64,000 bases of DNA from a virus (taxonomy: Duplodnaviria > Caudoviricetes). The notes under the pieces were generated by a model. The model was not told the DNA's origin, made no database searches, and worked only from the letters and a program-made list of their open reading frames with translations. Positions 48,137 through 57,600 of the stretch are shown here, piece by piece. The translations under genes and the position numbers were made by a program. The DNA lies in IMG/VR virus record IMGVR_UViG_3300027286_000002; one strand, given 5' to 3'. Each line of letters begins with the position of its first letter. Within the stretch, counting starts at the first letter, position 1.

Positions 48137-51031
48137 ATGGCAAAATATATTACTACTACATCCAGAAACCTTGATCCTAGTTTAACAAATTATGAGAGTG
48201 TTGTCTTTCAAACAGGCAAACCTTTACTTGATAGCGAATTAAACTTAGTTCAAGATATTAGTCTAGTCAATTCCAAACCTAGTGGCATCATTTCAAATAA
48301 AAAAGACATCTTTTCTGATTATGTTTTTAACACTACTCCAAATACCTTAACTTTAAGTGCTTTTGATGTCCGTGTTAAAAATAAAGTCATTAGAATTGCT
48401 TATGCAAATGATAACACAGGCTCAAATAAAATCTCTTTATCTAGTCCACCAGCTACTCAAAAATCTACAACCTTTGTCTTTTTAGAAATTTGGAAAGCAT
48501 TAGTTAGTCCTGCTACTTTACCTAATGCTAGATTAAGAATAGGTGATAATGTTGCCAATGGTGATACGATTACCATTGATACAGATACAATTACTTGTGG
48601 TGTGGATTTTGTCTTAGGTGCTGATAAATATGTCACTGCTTTAAATATTGCTACTGCTTTAAGTAGCTTATCTAATGTAGTCAGTTCAGATAGCAAAGGT
48701 ACAGATTTTATTTTCTTAACTTTAGATACTACTGTTTCCATTAGTACAACATCACTTGCTATTACTGTAACACCTGCCACAGGTGAATCAAGTGGTTTAA
48801 ATATTCCTGCGAATAATAAGATATACATTTATGGCAATGTGCAATCTTTAACAGGTGCTTGGTTAGATGATGATATTTATGATACTACTTTAAATGCAGA
48901 GTCCACTAAGAGAATACAATATCAATATCGTTTCCGAACAGTAGATAACTTTGCAGTAGATACATATCAAGATGGTTTTTCAGATACTACTAATGTTAAA
49001 GCACAAGGTACTAATGGATCACCTACTTCTTATTCTTTTAGTGCAAGCTCAACAGATAATGGCTTATGGATTGCAGGCTCAGGTAATGAAGCATCTGCTA
49101 CTGATTTAGGTACTGTAGATGGATATGTATATGCTTTACCTATTTGTTTTGTCAATCGTAGAAATAGTGGTGGTTTTAATCCTGTTAATCCTAATGGTGC
49201 TTTATTATCTACACATACAGGTGCAACAGAAAATTGGCTAGATCTTGATCCTATTATTATTCCTGCTGGATTAAGCGACAGACCTGATGGTTTATTTGCT
49301 GATTTAATATCTGATGTGGATATCACAGACATGAGAAAGAAAGTGATTGATATTTTAGACAGTGAAAAGCTATTAACAGAGCAAACACATTATCTTTTTG
49401 ACAATAACATTAAGACAGTTCAAAGAGATGGTAGAAATAGATTTTATATAGGCAATCAAATTACAGATGGTGATCGCAGTACAGAACCTTTGGTTTGTGA
49501 TGCGATTGAATATTATGGTGTTACTCAACCAAATACCTATGGCAATTTAATCGGATATGCAGATGGTTTAAGACGAAGATTTTCAGGCTATCCAAATGTA
49601 GAGAAAGTAATCGCAACAATAACAATTTCAGATGATGATCCGACAGCTTTTGCTTATGTAGATAAAGTAGTAGGTACTTTTAATTGGTATGAAAATGATG
49701 AGATCATTTTAGACTTTGGCAACTATTATAATGCAGGCTTTTTTAATCCTGTTACTGATTCATTCCCAACAAGTACAAAAATCATTGATGTCTTAAGAGC
49801 ATGGCATGATGATGGACACACAACTACAGCAGTTAGTCAAAATATTCAATTTAAGAAAATAGAATTTATCTCTGCAACAAAGGTTTCTTTAATCTTAGAT
49901 AAAAATGACTTCACTGTAAATGGTGGTCTATCTGCTACAAGTAATTACCAAATGACAGGCAATACTACAGATGGTGATGTAGGCAGTCCTAGAAATATCT
50001 TTATTGAACTTGCTTTATGTTATCCTGAAGGTAATGGTTTAAGTGCAACACCTATTTTATTAAATCCTGATTCAAGTGTTTATCCACAAGGTAGTGTTAT
50101 TAACGAATCTAGTCTTTTCTTTTCAGAATTTGAAGATGGTGTTTTAGCATCTTTTAATGATACGAATAGAGAAATTGCTTTAGAGTATGTTAAGAAAATA
50201 CAGACAATAGAACTTGTAAGTAAGTCTGCCACAGAAATCTTAACTCCTTTTAAATTCTATGGTGATGGCATTACTTATTTTGTGCAATATGAAGATCAAG
50301 AAGTAGGTGCTGGATATTCAGATGTACTTAATACATCTGATTACAATAAATCCGATGCGAGTGTTTTGGTAAATGCTTTAACAAATGCAGGTCAAACTTT
50401 AGTTAGCTTAAAATATTATCCTTTACTAGCAAACAAAGCTAGAACGATGGTCTATTATAGATACCTAGCATCTCAAACTACAATCCCATCAGGATTAACG
50501 ATTGATGTTGAGCCTATTTATATTTCTAAATCTATGTATGCTATTCAAACAAGCAAAGGCAGTTTAAGTGTATCTTATCCTTATCCGAGTGCAAGTGACA
50601 TGGTAGGTATCCATAGTGATTTTGACTTAGACGAATGGGATTTAAGAGCAAATGCACAGATCTCTATTAGTGATTTTAATATTGATGCTGGTATGTTAAG
50701 TCTTAATAACTTTATGCCTATTGATATTAACACGGATTTGACTTTTACAAGCAAGACAACAGACTCACAAGGCAATACAATTTATGAAGGTGGTTCAGGA
50801 TATTTACCTGTCACTTATTCATCACCTTTCTCTAGTGAAGTAAGTCATAAAAATGTATTACCTTTATTATGTAAAGCGAAATCAAACACTTTATATTTCA
50901 GAAAAGGTGAAGTGCTTTTGGTTTTGATTAGTAGATATGCAGAATTGGATAGTGAGAATAAAATTACATTAGGTAGTAATTACACGATTGCAAGTATCTA
51001 CAACACTAAAAACAGATTGATGATGGAGTAA
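48137..51031 (+). CDS. Large baseplate/tail structural protein (964 aa), paralog of 54684..59828
   Basis: VVFQTGKPLLDSELN, VFLEIW, KRIQ.QYR.R, RPDGL.AD shared with 54684..59828. Confidence 0.65.
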   Translation: MAKYITTTSRNLDPSLTNYESVVFQTGKPLLDSELNLVQDISLVNSKPSGIISNKKDIFSDYVFNTTPNTLTLSAFDVRVKNKVIRIAYANDNTGSNKISLSSPPATQKSTTFVFLEIWKALVSPATLPNARLRIGDNVANGDTITIDTDTITCGVDFVLGADKYVTALNIATALSSLSNVVSSDSKGTDFIFLTLDTTVSISTTSLAITVTPATGESSGLNIPANNKIYIYGNVQSLTGAWLDDDIYDTTLNAESTKRIQYQYRFRTVDNFAVDTYQDGFSDTTNVKAQGTNGSPTSYSFSASSTDNGLWIAGSGNEASATDLGTVDGYVYALPICFVNRRNSGGFNPVNPNGALLSTHTGATENWLDLDPIIIPAGLSDRPDGLFADLISDVDITDMRKKVIDILDSEKLLTEQTHYLFDNNIKTVQRDGRNRFYIGNQITDGDRSTEPLVCDAIEYYGVTQPNTYGNLIGYADGLRRRFSGYPNVEKVIATITISDDDPTAFAYVDKVVGTFNWYENDEIILDFGNYYNAGFFNPVTDSFPTSTKIIDVLRAWHDDGHTTTAVSQNIQFKKIEFISATKVSLILDKNDFTVNGGLSATSNYQMTGNTTDGDVGSPRNIFIELALCYPEGNGLSATPILLNPDSSVYPQGSVINESSLFFSEFEDGVLASFNDTNREIALEYVKKIQTIELVSKSATEILTPFKFYGDGITYFVQYEDQEVGAGYSDVLNTSDYNKSDASVLVNALTNAGQTLVSLKYYPLLANKARTMVYYRYLASQTTIPSGLTIDVEPIYISKSMYAIQTSKGSLSVSYPYPSASDMVGIHSDFDLDEWDLRANAQISISDFNIDAGMLSLNNFMPIDINTDLTFTSKTTDSQGNTIYEGGSGYLPVTYSSPFSSEVSHKNVLPLLCKAKSNTLYFRKGEVLLVLISRYAELDSENKITLGSNYTIASIYNTKNRLMME

Positions 51032-51037
51032 AGAAAA

Positions 51038-54019
51038 ATGCCTACAAGTTCATTTACAGGTGGCAATGCAGGTAGTGGTACAAATAAGAATGTAAATAAT
51101 GTGATTTATGTTCAAGATAAAGGCAATACTACATTTGATGGGTATATAACAATAGATGGAAATTTGACTGTTAATGGTACAACTACAACAATAGATAGTG
51201 TTACTTTGACAATAGAAGATCCTGTGATTACATTAGCTAAAAATGCTAATCTTAATCCTACTGCTAGTACAGATGCAGGCTTGTTTTTACAAAGAGGAAG
51301 TACAGAAAATCCTGCTGTTTTTATTTGGAATGAAACTTTAAATCAATTTGAACTTGCAACAGTAGCAGGTGCAACGAGTGCAACAACAAATTTCACAAGT
51401 CTTACAAAAACATATTCTACTTTAAAAGCAGGTATTTTTAGTGGATCATCTGCTACCTTTACAGGTGTAGTTACTTCAAATGGTCTATCTTTAACAACAG
51501 ATGGTCAAGTTTCAATTAAAAAACCAACAGACACTTCTACTACACCTGCTATTTTATTAAATGCAGATAGAACAGGTAATGGACAACAAGCAGATATTAT
51601 TGCTCTTGAAGTAGAGAGAGGTGCATTAACAAATGCTAAAATTAAATGGGATGAAACAAATGATTGGTGGGATTTTAATTCCAATGTTTATTTTTCTGAA
51701 AATTTGACAATAGGCAGTGATGATACAAAAGATTTAACAATTCTTTCTGAAACCACTATCTCAAATAATCTCATTCCTGTCTATATTTATGTTAAGTATA
51801 ATGCTACATCCTTTACAGACAATGAGTATTTTTATATCTTTAGTACAGACGATAATGGTCTTACAAGAGAAGTCATTCCGATAAAAGTTAATTTTAGTTC
51901 GCCAAAACTAAAATTAAATCAAAGTGCTGGATATAATCGTTATATTGCATATTCAGCATCAACATATAATAACACCACACCACCTACTATCAATGGTATT
52001 GTCTATATTAATCCAAATAAAACTTATTATTTTCATATGGTGAGTGATGCAATAGACTTGTCTAATTTAGATTTTCAAATTTATGCAAGTAATTCTATTT
52101 TAGGATATGCTCCAACATATTGGAAAGTATTTGACGGATATGATGTAAATACTACAACTGCTATCGTAACATATACATTTGTCAGAGGTTCTACTTGGAA
52201 AGAAAGTGATGTTGTTTACAAAGCAGGGATTTTAGGTGGATTTGGATTTATAGATGTTTCTGATATAAGTAGTCCTACTTCTGTGAGTGATATTCAAGCT
52301 AAGACTTCTTTAAAAATCCAAAAAGGTAAAAATGCAATTTTATTAAATAGTGATTACACAGGCAATCCTAATGTAGATGGTTCAAATGTCATTGCTCTCG
52401 AAGTAGAGAGAGGGATAGGCACTAATAGTTATATTGAATGGAATGAAGAAAATCAAAGATGGGATATAGAACCAAGTTCTTTTTCTACATCTTTCGCAAC
52501 AGATACTTTAGATGCTACTACTACTACAATAAATATGTTAGATGCTAATAACATTACAACAGAACAAATTGAGATTGAAAACAATCATTTCCCTGTTTAT
52601 ATTTATGTTAAGTATAATTCTTTATCTTTAGGTGATAGTGAGTATTTTTATATTTTTAGTACAGATGACAATGGTATTACAAGAGATGTTGTTCGTTTAT
52701 CTAATTTAGATCATCTTTCCGAAAACACAGGTGCTGGTTATTATCGTTATATTGCAAGTGCAGGTTCAACATATAATAACACAACACCTACACCTACTGT
52801 AAATGCTATTGCTTATTTAGATCCAAATAAAACTTATTATTTTAATATGGACAGTACTGATATTGAATCTTTAGTGCCTGATTTTTATGCTTATGTAAGT
52901 ACAACAGAATTAGGATCAGGAGAATTACCTTCTTATGCACTTGTATTGAGTGGTTTTAGTTCAAGCACTACTACTTCGGCAAATATTGTTTATACTCTAA
53001 TTACCAATGCTCAATGGAATGGCAATAATATAGTTCGTAGAGTAGATAATGGTACAGTAGAAATTAGTACAATGAATGGTGCAACCACAGTAGATGATAT
53101 TGATACCATACCTCTTAGAATACACTCTAAAAAAGAAAATCAATCTACTACTGCTATCTTATTAAATAGTGATGAAACAGGATCACCTACAAAAAGTGTA
53201 CAAATTGAAGTAGAGAGGGGTACAAGTACTAACAGCTATATTAAATGGGATGAAACAAATGACAGATGGGAAATATTCAATGATCTTAAAGTTTTAGATT
53301 CATCTTCAAATACTACTTTACTAACAGATACTTCTTTTATTTATACCTATAAGCCTTTAAGTTTAAATAATAGTCTATTCTATAAAGTACAAAGAATATC
53401 CTCTACACCAACTAATATCACCTCAGATGTGTCTTTTGTAGTTATAGAAAATGGTGCTTTAGGTAGTGCTGTTTTCCAAATGAATCTTCCTAATTTAAAT
53501 GATGATACAATAGGTGGAAGAGTTATTAATATTGCAGTCAAAAATGCAAACTATGCAGAGATTTACACAGGTGGTACAGGACAAAATATTAGACATGGTG
53601 GTACTATATACTCACCATCAGATGCTTTTATTTTAAGTGGATATAGTTCTGTTCAATTAATATCTCATATTGTAGGTGGTGTTAAAGATTGGTATGTCAC
53701 AGCTATATCTAATTCAGATATGATAGATTATATCACTGCTAGTGGTGCTATTACTATTTTTAATGGCAAGACCTATCACTGCAATCCTGCAGGTACTATT
53801 GCTTTAACTTTAGGTGTTGCACCTAATGGTACACAACTTACATTTAGATCTAGATCTAATCAAACCACTACAATCACTACTGCAAATAGTGGTATTGAAG
53901 GTACACATAATACAATCACCTTCAATTCAGATGCAAAAGGTTTAAGTATATATTATTATGGTACTAGCTGGTGGGTTTCTAGTATGTATGGCAATGTCGG
54001 CATAACCACAGTCCCTTAA
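51038..54019 (+). CDS. Tail fibre-like protein with internal duplications (993 aa)
   Basis: ITIDGNLTVNGTTTTIDS..LTIEDP.I.L; three ILLN..G....EVERG..N..I.W.E repeats; two PVYIYVKYN..YFYIFSTDDNG domains. Confidence 0.7.
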   Translation: MPTSSFTGGNAGSGTNKNVNNVIYVQDKGNTTFDGYITIDGNLTVNGTTTTIDSVTLTIEDPVITLAKNANLNPTASTDAGLFLQRGSTENPAVFIWNETLNQFELATVAGATSATTNFTSLTKTYSTLKAGIFSGSSATFTGVVTSNGLSLTTDGQVSIKKPTDTSTTPAILLNADRTGNGQQADIIALEVERGALTNAKIKWDETNDWWDFNSNVYFSENLTIGSDDTKDLTILSETTISNNLIPVYIYVKYNATSFTDNEYFYIFSTDDNGLTREVIPIKVNFSSPKLKLNQSAGYNRYIAYSASTYNNTTPPTINGIVYINPNKTYYFHMVSDAIDLSNLDFQIYASNSILGYAPTYWKVFDGYDVNTTTAIVTYTFVRGSTWKESDVVYKAGILGGFGFIDVSDISSPTSVSDIQAKTSLKIQKGKNAILLNSDYTGNPNVDGSNVIALEVERGIGTNSYIEWNEENQRWDIEPSSFSTSFATDTLDATTTTINMLDANNITTEQIEIENNHFPVYIYVKYNSLSLGDSEYFYIFSTDDNGITRDVVRLSNLDHLSENTGAGYYRYIASAGSTYNNTTPTPTVNAIAYLDPNKTYYFNMDSTDIESLVPDFYAYVSTTELGSGELPSYALVLSGFSSSTTTSANIVYTLITNAQWNGNNIVRRVDNGTVEISTMNGATTVDDIDTIPLRIHSKKENQSTTAILLNSDETGSPTKSVQIEVERGTSTNSYIKWDETNDRWEIFNDLKVLDSSSNTTLLTDTSFIYTYKPLSLNNSLFYKVQRISSTPTNITSDVSFVVIENGALGSAVFQMNLPNLNDDTIGGRVINIAVKNANYAEIYTGGTGQNIRHGGTIYSPSDAFILSGYSSVQLISHIVGGVKDWYVTAISNSDMIDYITASGAITIFNGKTYHCNPAGTIALTLGVAPNGTQLTFRSRSNQTTTITTANSGIEGTHNTITFNSDAKGLSIYYYGTSWWVSSMYGNVGITTVP

Positions 54020-54035
54020 AAAATGAAAGTATAAA

Positions 54036-54671
54036 ATGATAATCGTAAACAGAAAAGATGATAAAATCATCCAAAGGTCTAGTGAAATCACAATCACAGA
54101 TATGAATGGCAAATACCTTTTAGATGAACCTGAAACCACTAAAGTTTCTTTAGCTAATTCTATTCCTACCATCCAATCCGATATTCAAGATAGCTTCCTT
54201 GCTCTTTATCCAGATTACACAGATATAACCTTTAAATCTTTACCTGTGCAATCCGATTTTGATGCTAGTGCTTTATATACTACTTATCCATCAAGATGTC
54301 AGTTAGGTAGTGATTATAATACCTGTGCTATTTTACCTAAAAATGAAAACACTAATGCTTATGGTGTGCTTATCACAGATACAATCACTACTACAAGTAA
54401 AGATAAATTCCTTGTCTATTGGAAGGTTGCTATTGTTAGCTATGGTCAAGAGCAATCAGTAAATGTAAATGTACCAAGCACAATGACATATGAAATTTTA
54501 GAACCTAGTGATATTCAAGTGTATATTTCTAATGATGACGGTGTATCTTATACAGAGGCGAATTATTTGACACCTGTGAGTTTTCCGAGTGCATCCACTA
54601 CTCTAAGACTAGCATTTATCAATAATTCATTAAATAAAATACACTTATTAGGATATGCAATACTTTACTAG
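54036..54671 (+). CDS. Hypothetical structural protein (211 aa)
   Basis: Within tail operon; VYISNDDG.SY motif. Confidence 0.55.
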   Translation: MIIVNRKDDKIIQRSSEITITDMNGKYLLDEPETTKVSLANSIPTIQSDIQDSFLALYPDYTDITFKSLPVQSDFDASALYTTYPSRCQLGSDYNTCAILPKNENTNAYGVLITDTITTTSKDKFLVYWKVAIVSYGQEQSVNVNVPSTMTYEILEPSDIQVYISNDDGVSYTEANYLTPVSFPSASTTLRLAFINNSLNKIHLLGYAILY

Positions 54672-54683
54672 GAGATAATTAAC

Positions 54684-57600
54684 ATGGCTGATAATTTTGG
54701 AACAGAAGTCAGTAGAGTTCTCAATAATCAAAACACTAAATTTACACATCTCATTTGGCAATCAGGTAAACCACCTTTGGATTCTGAATTAAACTTTGTT
54801 GGACAGCTTGCCAATGATTCTTTAATTGATGCAATTAAACAAACTACACCTAGTGGTTTTCTTGCTGATCCTATTAGTGCGATTGATTTTGAATGTAATC
54901 CTTTAGATAGCAATCAGTTCAGATTAAATTCTATTGATGCTATTGTTAATGGTATGCCTATTCGTATTCGTGGCTGTAATACGAATAGTGAAACCTCTAA
55001 CATCATTAAATTATCTGCACCACCTGCCACAGGCAATCGTGTAGATTTTGTTTTCTTAGAAGTTTGGCGATCTTTAGTTAGTCCAAATCCTTCTACTGAT
55101 TATAAACCTAGTGCTATTACTTTCTATAAATATGGCAACACTCAATTTGGTGGTACTAATATTACAGATGATCTTATTGATAATGACATAGGATTTGAAA
55201 CCACTAAACGAGTTCAAATTCAATATCGTTTAAGAGTAGAAACTAATATTGATATTGACACTTATCCACAAGGCTTAGGTGATCCATCTGTTTTTGGTCA
55301 AGGTAATTCTATTAATCCTGTGACAAGTGCAGTATATACTAATATGGCAAGCGAAGGTGATCCATCCTGCTGGAAAGCATCATCTGTTGATTTTGAATCA
55401 ACAGATAATTATTCCTATGCTATTCCTATTTGTGCTGTCTTTAGACGATCTACTTCTTCTTATATTGCTGTTCTTAATGGTTCATCACCTACACATAATG
55501 GTGCATCTGTAAGATCATCATCTACACCTAAAACCTTAACACAAGCTATTTTATCTGCAAGTTTGACTTCATCTGCTACTACTTTAAATTTAGGCAGTTC
55601 TATTGTAGGCAGTGGTTTAGATGAAGGTAATTCTGTAGGTGATTATCTAGTTTTAAACACAGGCATTAATAAAGAGATTGTTTTGATCTCTAGTGTGAAT
55701 GTAGGCACAGGTGCTATTGTTATTGTTCGTGGTCAATTAGGTACTCAAGCTAAATCTCATCTAGCATCTACACAAGTGAGTTTATATAATGCAAGACCTG
55801 ATGGTTTATATGCAGATCAAATTCATGAACAAGATATTTTAGATTTGATGAATAGCATTTCTTTAACAGGATTTGATTATTCACAGCTATTGCAAAATGC
55901 AGTAAATGACTTGATCACAAATAATTTAAGAACAACTTGGAAATCAAGTGCTACAGGCAGTGATAGTAAAGGTATTACTTTGGCTCAAGTGGATGTTATT
56001 GGTAATCCTAATACAACAAGACCATATACTGAAATTTTAGATGCTCCAAATGGTATTAGAACAGTATGGTCAGATAGTGCAGTGGTTGAGAAAAATGTAA
56101 ATATCATTATTGATCCAGCTACAGCTTTAAATGATGATGGTACTACTGTTGGATATTTTGATAGTGGCTTAACAGACAATTGGACGATTAGTGCAGATTT
56201 AAAACCAACAGGTTTTATGCCTAGTGTAGATATTGGTGGTGGTACATATCAACAAGCATGGTCAAGTGGTGCTGTCATTTTCTTAAACTTAGGTGGTCTT
56301 GATGGTCAAAGTGGTGCAAGAAAAGGTTTTAAGAATAATCAAAAAGCAGTTCGTTTCTTAACTGAATCAGAGGAAGATTTAAAGCTATATCTTATTAATG
56401 ATAATGGATATACCGATCCATTCACCAAAAAAACTCTTTTGCCTGTACTATCAACTTTTGCAGGTTATCCATCTAAAGTAGAAATCTTTGGTGGTCTTGT
56501 ACACTCATCTTTAAAAGTTACAGGTATTTCAACAGTCTTAGCTGATCTTCAAATTAAAAGAATTTCTAATAGTGCAGATGTCAATCTTGAATATTATTAT
56601 GAAATTGATTTAGGTGTAAATCTTGCAAGTTTACTTGATGGTACTACTAAAGTTTTAGGTAATGAATCAGTAGCTGATCTTCTTACAAACTATGGTAAAG
56701 ATAATACAGGCTTTAGTTCTGAATTATTTGCTATTGTTTATGGATCACCTAAAACACAAAACAACCAATCCTTTCAAATTATAGGCATGGGAAAAGATGG
56801 TTTAACTTCTAGTGAAACTGATGCTAGTGGTTTAAATACAAATTCTACCATTCGCTTACTTCGTTTAAATGGTGCTTTCTCTAATTGGACAGAAGATACA
56901 GATGGCAATACTTTAACAGTAGAAATCAGAACTAGAAGAACTTATGCTTTTGATGGTACTACTGCTACTGATCCTTCTTTATGTATCGTCTTGCCTTATC
57001 ATACTGTTTATGAAAATAATGCAGTATCTCAAATTTATGCTACTGAAGGCACATACTCTACATCTAAACTTTTAATTAATGCTACTTTACAATATGCACC
57101 CGGTCACAGTGGTCTTGCTCGTTCACCTGATCAAATCCATAATGTGTCTTTAAGAAATAAAAGCACAGCTTATCTTAGAAATGCTATTAGTGATCTTGAT
57201 GCTACTCAAACTATTTTTGAAACAGACCTTGTTAAATATGATGCCAATACTCATATTCAATTATGGAATGCTTTAGCATCTAAAAATGCTGATCCTAGTC
57301 CTACAGGTAATCTTAATACTTTTGGTGGCAGTGTTATTGGTGGTGCAGATATTGATCGTAATAATGAAATCTTTGCTGATCCAAATTCTAAAACTTTAAT
57401 TCTTAAACCTTTTAAGCAACATAATCTATTATTGCAATCCTTCCGTGCAAGTACATCTACTGATTTGCTTTTAAGTCAATATTATCAAGATGGTGTCACT
57501 GATAAAGATGGTGCAGGCATCTTCACAGGTGCTGGATTGCCTCAAGATTATTTTGAATTTCCACCTATGCACCTACCTAAATTTGGTAGACAGGATATTC

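Noticed and set aside
51770-53090. Tail-fibre duplication as a DGR target or invertible segment
   Set aside because: Direct in-frame copies within one ORF, diverged at all base types; no invertase or RT
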